Origin: Utricularia gibba
Taxonomy: Eukaryota; Plantae; Magnoliophyta
DNA length: 64,000 bases
Assembly: GCA_002189035.1 (NCBI GenBank)
Contig: CM007991.1
Coordinates: 4,526,001-4,590,000, forward strand
Direction: 5' to 3'
In this document: in pieces, positions 50,029 through 60,462 of the stretch
Position numbering within the stretch: the stretch's first letter is position 1
How the letters are laid out: every line of letters starts with the position of its first letter
Made by a program: the position numbers and the translations under genes
Notes under the pieces: model-generated
Databases searched by the model: none
Told to the model about the DNA's origin: nothing
The model's input: only the letters and a program-made list of their open reading frames with translations

Positions 50029-52103
50029 GCTCGCAAGAATAGAATGTATCTGATATGGGGAAAGAAAGCATTTATCAGCCTGATGACTAGGTTTCTCCAT
50101 TTCCTGCTGTTTTAGTGTATTAGGGGGATTGAGAGTTTTCTGGGCTGATGATGATTTCTTGAGATGTTTGTCAATGCTTATTTTATGATTCTTAGGGAAC
50201 GGAACCATCAGTTTTCATACCAGACTGGAGATTCTTTCTCTGTTGGAAGATGAACTCGTAGTTTTCTGCACCAGAATTTCATGCTTTATTCTTAAAATTG
50301 ACCCCTTGTGATAAACAATAGTGATGTTCGATGAAACATTTTCCTAGGCTCCAAATTTCAACCGGACAAACCATTTTGGGTTACGATATCATGTGGATGC
50401 TTGTTCACTGGCAAATCATGATGAGACCATCAGAGGGTTCTGATGCATTCTTATGAACTTGAATGTAATATAAGAAACATACACTTGCGCCCCATCATCC
50501 ACAAACAAGGCAAAATGATCAAGTGTAGGGAGTTCGTTCAGCCTCATTTGAGGTGGATGACGAATGATAATCTCCTCATTTGGAGTTCTGCAGCAGACAG
50601 AAGAAAAGGATAGGGGGCTGGTTGGATAGAAGAGTCAGCGATCCAGAGCGGGGAAATGGAAAGAAGACATCGGGGAGACAGAAAGCAAGAAGAGGAAATG
50701 GTGAAAATCAATGGATTGGGGAAATGGTCCATGTGGGTTGAGAGGGAAATATCAAATATGAGAGGAACAAAAGATGAAGAAAACAAATGAAGCTTTGTGC
50801 TTGAATTTTGATAGCAGGCAGAAAAAGGAATCTTTGTGCAGAGACTAGATAACAGAGACAAACAGTGGGGGGGAACATGGCCCTTCCTCCTCCTTTGTCT
50901 CGCCCTTCTTGTGAAACCAGTGCACAGAAGCCATGAAATTTCTCTTGGATTTAATTCCGTGTCACAGACTACAGACTTTTAGCTACCTTGGGACTGCAAC
51001 TCATATGCATCGGAAGGATGGAGAACGCCTCCATTACTCGCTTTTCAAGTATAATCAGTGTAACATTATGTGAGGTGATGGAGTAGTGTTGCAAGAATGA
51101 CACCATGGTGGTTCTTGGAAGCCACAAAAAAGTAATTTTAAATATAATAAATACAATTTTCTTTTTTTTTTCTTGTTTTCTTTTTGGGGGTTCTAGAATG
51201 GACCGGTACTTGGAGCTGCTGTTTTATGGAGATATTGGACTCGTGGTGGTTCGGGTCGGGCCTATTTTAAACCGAAAGAAAGTAGTCGCCACTTGGGCCT
51301 TTTGCTCAGTCTCTGTGGAATTTCACTAACAAATAAAAGCATTGGTGTCGGCTTACAACATAAACAACAAGAGGAGATTACCCTCCACAGTTCACAGGCC
51401 TTGTGCTTCCTTCTGTTTCCATTCCTGCTTGCATTCAGGAACAGTTCCAACACCCATCAAACTACCATGATGGCCTCAATTCCTACAGAATTGCATGTGA
51501 CACTGACTCGATTTTCTTCCATTCACTCATGCTGCAAAGCATCTGGTTCACATCAGGAAAGAACCCCCAACAGATGATTGCTGGAGGCTAATGGGAAGGG
51601 GTTGAGTGCAATATGCGTATCCATGTCAAGTTGGAAACTTTCGAAACAACTGATGGAGAACAGTGGAGACATGCAAGCCATAATCATCTCCTGAGCCAGT
51701 TTCTTGGTTTTCTACTGATCTCCTCGATGCGTATACCGCATACTCACCGCTGCTTGGGTTCATTTCAACGACACGATTGATCATCGATCATGCGGTACTT
51801 GTTGCAACGACCTACATGCAATAGAAACATAACCGCACTTGGCGAATGAACAGAGAAAGTTGCAGAGGAGCTCGACAAAACATATTCCGAAATATAAGTC
51901 ATTGATGATCCATCCTTATGTACACCAAGAGTTCATAGCAGCGCCTTACAATAAGCTAGTGGCAGAAAGAACCTAGTAACCAAAAAAGGTCAACTAACTG
52001 AACTCAGCAGAATAAGAGGATTATTGATCATTTAGCTACCACGACATGAGAAGCAACCAGATACAGAGTAGCAAGGTCAACTCTTACACATCACAAAAGC
52101 AAC

Positions 52104-53030
52104 TCACGAGAACCCTTGTCGGAGTTTGAGAATGGAAGAGTACATCTTCCTTCGCGAACCAACTGCATTTATTCCCATATCCTTGAGATCCTCCAACGTA
52201 AGCATTGCTAAGACCTCCTCGTCCACTTCATGTATTTCAAAAACAGGCGCGTATCGCTCCAAACCCAACCCAGTTAACCATTCCTTAACCGCCGCAACTC
52301 CCGCGTTACGCTTATCAGGAGATTCTACCTCATTTTGGTGAAGCCCATTGCTTTCAGATTGCCGGGCTCTGTTTCGCCTTCTGCGTTGGTCCCAAAAACG
52401 AAAGCCCATGTTCTCCTCGGAGTTAGCCTCTTGCTCTTTAAGCAGAGGGCTATCGGAGCCCTCGGCCTCAAATTCTGGAAATTCGTCATTGGCGTTGTCA
52501 TTTTCGTCAGGAAGGAAATTGGGGCTACCGATTATCGCTGTTCCTATTACAGCTCCACCACTATTCACCGCGGGTGTGTCGAATTTGTTCCAATTGGTGC
52601 GAGCCCTTTTCGCCGGTTTCTTGACTTTGGGCTTTCGGTTTGAGAGATCCCCAAAATTGTCAGTATTCTCAACCGAATCTTGAAAACTAGCCTCACCCCC
52701 AGCAACCGCGGCGCCACCGCCATTGACGAGATTGGTCAAAGGTCGTGTTTTAGAAACTTTGGCAGCCAAAGATGGGTCCTTGTGGTAGCGCCACGTCTTA
52801 TTGGGACGCCTCTGCAGAGTTTCGTAAGTCGCATCGCCCCCAATTTCACCGAGACGGACGCTCGGCCGACGCTGTCGCTTCGGAAGAGTGGTGGCCTGGG
52901 CAGCGACGGCCGCCCTTGGGTTTACTGAAGGAAGTTCCGGTGATGGAGCGGCAGCGACGGCGACGGCGACGGCGGTGGGCAATGCCTCGGCAGCGATTTG
53001 GATCGCCACCGGGTCCGTTTCCAATTCCAT
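52104..53030 (-). CDS. Plant SAM-domain protein, intronless CDS, about 308 aa
   Basis: ATG at 53030 (MELETDP). Conserved KRQRRPSVRLGEIGG motif and C-terminal SAM domain VKEWLTGLGLERYAPVFEIHEVDEEVLAMLTLEDLKDMGINAVGSRRKMY. Confidence 0.88.
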   Translation of the reverse strand: MELETDPVAIQIAAEALPTAVAVAVAAAPSPELPSVNPRAAVAAQATTLPKRQRRPSVRLGEIGGDATYETLQRRPNKTWRYHKDPSLAAKVSKTRPLTNLVNGGGAAVAGGEASFQDSVENTDNFGDLSNRKPKVKKPAKRARTNWNKFDTPAVNSGGAVIGTAIIGSPNFLPDENDNANDEFPEFEAEGSDSPLLKEQEANSEENMGFRFWDQRRRRNRARQSESNGLHQNEVESPDKRNAGVAAVKEWLTGLGLERYAPVFEIHEVDEEVLAMLTLEDLKDMGINAVGSRRKMYSSILKLRQGFS

Positions 53031-53373
53031 GTGGGTGTGTGCTCGCTGCGTGAGAGAGAATAATGCACTCTGTTGCGCGAGATAACGATGGGTGGGGGAA
53101 TCATAGGGTGCAATGTGGTGCACGGGCGCTACTTTACACTCAACATGACTTCGGGCCTGTTTTGGAAGCCCACAATCGGACAACCCCAAATGTCTATCGA
53201 TTGGTGTTATCCTCATCCTATGCATTCAGTCTCTAACACACGTCAACACGGGTGGCAACCCATTGGATCACGGGTCAACCTAGTCGGGTCATATCCTGGT
53301 CAACGGGTTTCAACCCTTCACTCAAACCATACCCATTGGTCACCGATTGCTAGATCGTGACCTAATTACTAAG

Positions 53374-53833
53374 TGATGGGTCCCTCCACATGGGGCCCAC
53401 ACACAAAAAAAAAGAAAAAAAAGAAGGGAGTTGGTGCACGGGGGTTGGTGTGCCAACCCAAGTTGTGCGCTCCCCTCTATGGGAGCTCTCCCTCACATAA
53501 ACACACAAGAGTTGAAAAACTCTCAAGACTATTAGGTGTTTTGAGTGAGTTTTTCGGTTTTCGAGGGTAGAATAGGGAAAGAAGAAAGATAGTACTCTTT
53601 CCTATTCGTGTTTCTCGCTCGGTAGAGTTTTCGGGGAGAGGGTAGAAAGAGAGGGTAAAATCCGGTAGTTTAACGAGGTAAATCTCTTTGTATTCACTGT
53701 GGTAAATAGTGAATTTTTCTCGGAGTTGGGTGTGGACGTAACCCTTATTTTGGGGTGAACCACGTTAAATCTCGGTGTATTTTTCTTGATTTTTGTGGTT
53801 AATTTTATTGTCTGATATCGACTACGCGCAACA
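53374..53833 (+). repeat. 5' LTR of element D (460 bp)
   Basis: Direct repeat of 57949-58416 with 17 substitutions counted by eye and an 8-bp deletion. Confidence 0.97.
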
Positions 53834-53835
53834 AG

Positions 53836-53847
53836 TGGTATCAGAGC
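53836..53847 (+). promoter_or_regulatory. Primer binding site (initiator tRNA-Met)
   Basis: TGGTATCAGAGC located 2 nt after the 5' LTR. Confidence 0.95.
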
Positions 53848-53965
53848 TAGGGTTGTTTGTGTAATTGCTATCCTATCGTATGCTCTGTGGCCGCCACTAA
53901 GTGGATCTCCCACATCAGAAAATAAGTTAGTATATTGCACATTCTCTTAGTCGGTATCAGGGACC

Positions 53966-56900
53966 ATGGAGGTCAAGACCGGCAATATGATCAAGCTGAA
54001 TGGGACGAATTATCTCTTGTGGAAGTGCAAGATGAAGGATTTGCTTTTCGTGAAGAAAATGCATCTACCGGTGTTTAGTGAGACTAAACCGGATGTGAAG
54101 ACTGATGAAGAATGGGATTTTGAGCATCAACAATCTTGCGGTTTTATTCGACAGTTTGTCGAAGAAAATGTGTATCAACATGTTGCTGAAGAGACACATG
54201 CAAGGAGCTTGTGGTTTAAGCTGGAGAATCTGTACGCTTCCAAGACGGGAGGAAACATATTGTTTTATGTCACGAAGTTGATTACTCTGAAGTATAGAGA
54301 AGGGACTTCCGTAGCGGACCATCTGAATGAAATTCAAGGGTCGTGTCGCAGTTGGCAACAATGGGCATCTCGTTCGATGATGATCTCTTAGCACTGTTGG
54401 TGCTAGCCACTCTGCCTGAATCTTGGGAGACTCTCAAGATTACATTGACGAGTTCTCCAAATCTGTCACTTGAGCAAGTCAAAAGTGCGGTTCTCAATGA
54501 GGAGATGAGGAGAAAGATGCAGAACGTTTCAACCTCTGGGCAACAAGATATCATGGTTGCAGAACCTAGGGAGAAGCAGGGCTCGTGGGTCTAACCTACG
54601 GAGTGAAAGAAGGGATGGCAAGAGTAGGGAAAGGAACAAGTATGCCAATGTGGAGTGCCATTTTTCCAAAAAGAAGGGGCACATTAAGAAGAACTGCTGG
54701 AGCTTTCAAAAGCATAGCAGAAGTGAGAAAAAGACGGAGTCTAGAGATGATGACGACACGAATGTCATCAGGGAGTTCAACTTGGCAATTGATGAAAATA
54801 TCAATCAGATCTCTGAAGAGATGTGCTGGGTGGTTGATAGTGGAGCCACTCTTCACATGACATCAAGAAAGGAGTTATTCTCATCTTATATAGCAGGGGA
54901 TTTTGGCACCGTGAAGATGGGAAATGGACAACTGTCGAAGGTTGTAGGTAAAGGAGATATTTGCCTATGCACGAACAAGGGTATGAAGTTGACTCTGAGA
55001 GATGTTAAGCATGTGCCAGACATGCGATTGAACCTTATCTCGGTTCACTGTCTCGATTTTGAAGGTTATGCCATGAACTTCAACGATGGCCGGTGGAAGA
55101 TGACTAAAGGTTCATTGGTCATAGCCACTGGAGAGAAGCTGAATAAGCTGTATGTGACACAAGCTAGCATTTGTGTTGATGTTGCTAGTGTTGCTGAGAA
55201 AGGAGTTCCTGTGGATGTGTGGCACAGACGCCTTTTCCATATGGGTGAAAAAGGCATGGAGACTTTGACGAGAAAGAAGGTGTTGGCTGGGCTCCTCGAT
55301 CAAAATTCGAGGCCATGTAGTGATTGCTTCGTTGGGAAGCAAACGAGGGTGGCATTCAAAAGAAGACCACCAGGTAGAGCCAAAGCGATCTTGGATCTGA
55401 TTCATTCAGATGTTTGCACTCCGAAGATATTTTCGCTTGGTGGAGCTCATTATTTTGTGACCTTCATTGATGATCACTCTCGCAAGACTTGGATCTATCT
55501 CATCAGGACGAAAGATCAAGTTTTGGAGAAGTTCAAGCAGTTTGTTGCTATGGTGGAGCGAGAAACTGGTAAGAAGGTGAAGTGCATTCGCACTGATAAC
55601 GGGGGAGAGTATCTTGGGCCGTTTGATGGCTATTGCAAGGAGCTGGGAATCCAACATCAGTTTACTACGGCAAAAACACCGCAATTGCATGGTTTGGCAG
55701 AAAGGATGAACATGACTTTGATGGAAAGAGTGAGATGTCTTCTTTCACACTCAAAGTTGCCTCAAATGTTTTGGGGAGAAGCTATTCTGACAGCAGCATA
55801 TGTTCTGAATCTTTCGCCATGTGTACCGTTGAGACATGAAGTGCCAGAGAAGGTCTGGTCTGGAAAGGAGGTCTCTTATGATCATTTGAGGGTGTTTGGT
55901 TGCAAGGCTTTCGTTCACATTCCAAAGGATGAACGATCGAAGTTGGATTCTAAGACACGTGAATGTGTGTTCATTGGTTATGTCCAAGATCAGTTTGGGT
56001 TTCGATTCTATGATCCTATCTCGAAGAAGCTTATTAGGAGCCGAGATGCTGTCTTTATTGAGGAAGAGACCATCAAAGACATTGGGAAACCTAGAAAAGA
56101 TGTCCCTCGAAGTAATGAAGACTCGACGGATGTTCGAGTGATACCTCCTGTGATGGTGCCTGAAAATGAAGGAGGTGAAGTTGATGATCATGTTCCGGAA
56201 GTTCCCCATGATCATGAAGAACCAGAGGTTGCTGGTAATGGAGATGGTGTGGTTCAACAATCATCAAGTTCCACTGGAGGTTCCCCTATACGCACAAGAC
56301 CGGGAAGGACTGTGCGGCGCCCTGCTAGATTTTCATCAGATGAGTTTGTTATGCATATTGATGAGGGAGAACCTGAGAGCTTCCAGGAGGCTATGGAAAG
56401 TCGAGATAAAAGTCTCTGGATGGAAGCTGCTGAAGAGGAGATACGATCCTTGAATGACAACAAGACATTTCAATTGGTGAAGTTGCTTTAAGGCAAAAAG
56501 GCACTAAGGTGCAAGTGGGTTTTCAGAATAAAGCATTCTGAAAATAGCTCGAAGCCTCGATACAAGGCTAGGCTGGTGGTGAAGGGTTTCAACCAGCGGA
56601 AGGGCATTGATTATGATGAGATATTTCCACCAGTTGTGAAGATGACATCCATTCGGACAGTGCTGGGGTTAGCAGCAAGTTTCAACTTGGAAGTTGAGCA
56701 AATGGATGTCAAGACGGCGTTCTTACATGGTGATCTAGAGGAAGAGATCTATATGGAACAGCCAGAAGGTTTTGTCGAAAAAGGAAAAGAGGGATATGTC
56801 TGCAAGTTGCAAAAAAGCCTGTATGGGTTGAAACAGGCACCGAGGCAGTGGTACAAAAAGTTTGACTCAGTCATGGAGAAGCACGGCTTCAAGAAAACGA

Positions 56901-57951
56901 GGCTGACCACTGTGTGTTCTTCAAGAGGTTTGCGGATGATGACTTTGTGATTCTGTTGCTCTATGTTGACGACATGCTGATTGTTGGACAGAATACTTCA
57001 AGAATTGGAAGCTTGAAGAAGGAGTTGAATAAGTCTTTCTCGATGAAAGACTTGGGGCCAACAAAGTAGATTCTTGGCATGAAGATTATTAGGGATAGAG
57101 ATGCTAAGAAGATATGGTTGTCTCAAGAACAATACATTGAGAAGATTCTTGAGAGATTTAATATGAAGGACGTCAATGAGGTTAGCTGCCCTCTTGCTAA
57201 TCATTTCCAGTTGAGCAAGAATCAATGTCCATCGATCGAGGAAGAACGAAAAGCGATGATGAGTGTTCCCTATTCATCAGCTGTTGGGAGCTTGATGTAT
57301 GCCATGGTATGTACTCGACCAGATATTGCTCATGCTGTTGGAGTTGTGAGCAGGTTTCTGTCTGATCCAGGGAAGGATCATTGGTCTGCTGTGAAGTGGA
57401 TTTTCAGATATCTAAGAGGATCTTCAAGCATGTGTTTATGCTTTGGAAGTGAGGAGCCTGTGTTCAAAGGATACACAGATGCTGATTTAGCTGGTGATGT
57501 TGATGGTCGAAAATCAGCATCGGGATATCTGATTACATTTGCAGGGGGAGCTGTGTCTTGGCAGTCAAGACTGCAAAAGTGTGTTGCTCTATCTTCGACT
57601 GAAGCAGAATATATTGCAATTACTGAGGCTTGTAAGGAACTGCTGTGGATGAAGAAGTTCTTGGGAGAACTTGGTGTGAAGCAGAGGAAGTATGAGTTAT
57701 TTTGTGATAGTCAGAGTGCTATCCATCTAGCGAAGAATGCTTCTTTTCACTCGAGATCGAAGCATATTGATCAGCGCTATCACTGGATCAGGGATGTCTT
57801 AGAGGAAAAGCACTTGTGCCTGGAGAAGATTCATACTGAAGAAAATGGTTCAGATATGATGACAAAGATACTTCCGAAGGAAAGCTTTGAATTCTGCAAA
57901 AGAGTCGTTGGGTTGACCAGCTCGCCCACGTGTCAAGAGGGGGAGAATTGA
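53966..57951 (+). pseudogene. gag-pol polyprotein of element D, disrupted
   Basis: MEVKTGNMIKLNGTNY gag, WVVDSGAT protease, HSDVC/FIDDHSRK/RTDNGGEY integrase, [37 protein letters not shown] RNase H. Stops at 56489-56491 and 57067-57069. Frameshifts near 54340, 54570 and 56901. Confidence 0.95.
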
Positions 57952-58416
57952 TGGGTCCCTCCACATGGGGCCCACACACAAAAAAAAAGAAAAAAAAGAA
58001 GGGAGTTGGTGCACGGGGGTTGGTGTGCCAACCCAAGGTGTGCGCTCCCCTCTATAAATAGAGGGGAGCTCTCCCTCACAGAAACACACAAGAGTTGAAA
58101 AACTCTCAAGACTATTAGGTGTTTTGAGTGAGTTTTTCGGTTTCTGAGGGTAGAATAGGGAAATAAGAAAGATAGTACTCTTTCCTATTCGTGTTTCTCG
58201 CCCGGTAGAGTTTTCGGGGAGAGGGTAGAAAGAGAGGGTAAAATCCGGTAATTTACCAAGGTAAATCTCTTTGTATTCCATGTGGTAAATAGTGAATTTT
58301 TCTCGGAGTTGAGTGTGGACATAACCCTTATTTTGGGGTGAACCACGTTAAATCTCGGTGTGTTTTTCTTGATTTTTGTGGTCAATTTTATTATCTGATA
58401 TCGACTACACGCAACA
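57949..58416 (+). repeat. 3' LTR of element D (468 bp)
   Basis: Preceded by PPT aagagggggagaat and retains TATAAATA. Confidence 0.97.
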
Positions 58417-60462
58417 CTAAGTACTAATCCTAATTGAGTTGGTGAGTCAATCCATTCTTGTTTTTAGGCAAAATCAATTCATTCTTGTTTTTAGACTACT
58501 CGTCTCGTGCTCGTTCAATACGGGGCAGGTCAACCCGTACCTGTGACCACCTCTAATCTCTAAAAACAAGGATTATTGCAAATTCAAACTAACAAGTTTA
58601 TACTGTCCTGTATTTTGTAGCTATTCTGATGTGTCATTTTGTACGCGAGAGCTTCAGTTGAAGACTTGGGAAGGGAGAGTGGTGGCAGAGAGATACCAGC
58701 TGAGCTGAGCTGAGCTGATTCGCGTGTGCCACTTTTTGATGTATTATGCAATGGGTGCTGTTTCATCGCTTGTTGCAGTTGGTGGAGCAGGTCTTGGAAC
58801 TTGTGAATCTATTCTGTTGTATACACAAGCTGGTTAAGAGGACAAAAAAAGGGAAGAAGCACGCAGCAAAAGGCCAATCACAACTTCTTGTGTTGAAAAA
58901 GTGTGGTGTCCATTGAAACTGGAAAAAGTTACCCTCTTTTCGAAGTTGCCTTTTGGTTTCTCTTCGTCCCAAGTAGCGGAAGCGGAAATATTCTGATGAG
59001 ATTTGGAATACAGCGAGTGGCGCCATGCCCGACACTTGCAAGTGCTATCATTTCTGGGAGAGTGGGATTCAAATGCTGGTAGAAAGAATGAAAATGATTG
59101 TTGCTTTACGGAAATCCGAATCGGTCAGGTCAACCTTGAAGATTTCGAAAAATAATGTTACAGCAGCAGTGAGAGTAATTAGATTGAAATTGGAAGACGA
59201 ACATGATGATCATATCGCTCTGTACCCTGCATCATTGGCTTCCAAAATACATGATAATATGCTCCACTTGTTTCTAATAGAATTCTGAGGGAGGTAAGGT
59301 GTACAGAACTTGAAAAAATTCCTATTGACGCTGATGTTCTGAGTCGTCAGAAAAGCCCATTTTTTAGGTGGAAGGGATGAGAAAGAGATCAGTACAGATG
59401 CAGCTTCAGGTTTGACTAACATTAAGAACCACCGCCCCCATGACATCATTGTGACTGAAAAAGGTCATTTACATTGCATCATAATTGCCTCAAGTATACA
59501 AAATCAGATCATTTAGTGATTGGGGGCTTCCTTTTTTCTGCGGCGCCGTGGGGTGGAATATTGTTATATTAAAGTACTGAACTAGAATGAAGACCAAGGT
59601 GAAAAATAGAAAGAAGGGGGTAAATTACATGGTGAATTGAGAAAGAAATATGGGGGAGGGGGATAAAAGTGCAGTATCTTTTGTCCTGCATTAATCACAT
59701 GATTCAAGCGTCAAAAAAGACTGAGAGGAGTACCCTGCTACTTTCTGCCTTCCTTCAACTCATTTTTCTTTCTCTTTGAATCCTAGTGAAAATAAAAAAG
59801 TTACAAACTTAGTATTTGTAATCCGTGGTTTTGCTTTTTTTTTTGTTAACTGGAATAAGCGACATGTACCAGTCAAACTTCCAGAAAGGCTAAGATTCCA
59901 ACGCATCAGGACAGGAAAACCAGTGATGAAAGGATATTTGATTCTTTTGTTATCACTCTTTGGATTCAAAATTGAAAGCAACAAATGTGACGAAGATTAG
60001 TAACTTTCTTCAACCGTCACATGTCTCCACTTGCTGGTTTAGGAAAAAAACAGAGTAGTAAATGAAAAATCTTTTTCGTAGGCATATAAAGGTGTTCTTG
60101 GGAACTGCATCAAGAGATAGGAAGGGGGATGACTTCATGAGAAAAAGGTATCTTTCTCTGAAGACCCCACGGGACGGGACCAGTGGGGGAGAAGAGATGG
60201 GAAAGGGCACAGAAGTAGACTGCTTTGTTGGGGTACGTCTGCAACACTGCAGCTGCCAGATATTCATTCTCTTTATCATATTTTGGTTTTAAGCTAAGCC
60301 CCATTCCTTGCACGACAAACATTTCCTATAGAAAATGAAAAAAACATTACACACCACAACCGAGAATAGTTCTCCTATCTCAGAGACCGATATATATTGG
60401 GGTTGTCACAGCAACAGTCTTCACTGTTTTTACTTCTTTCTGCGCTGAGTGATTTCAACCTC

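Larger units (their letters stand above)
53374..58416 (+). mobile_element. Structurally complete, inactivated Ty1/copia element D (Tnt1/Tork-like)
   Basis: 5' LTR 53374-53833 and 3' LTR 57949-58416 (TG...CA), TSD CTAAG (53369-53373 and 58417-58421), PBS TGGTATCAGAGC 53836-53847, PPT 57935-57948, gag-PR-IN-RT-RH. Confidence 0.98.

Noticed and set aside
51770-51810. ATTGATC...GATCATGCG resembling miR393 arms
   Set aside because: The remainder does not match the mature miRNA and the loop is too short.
53031-53225. N-terminal extension of the 373-aa SAM ORF
   Set aside because: The extension reads like promoter or UTR sequence containing site II motifs. The ATG at 53030 is the more plausible start.
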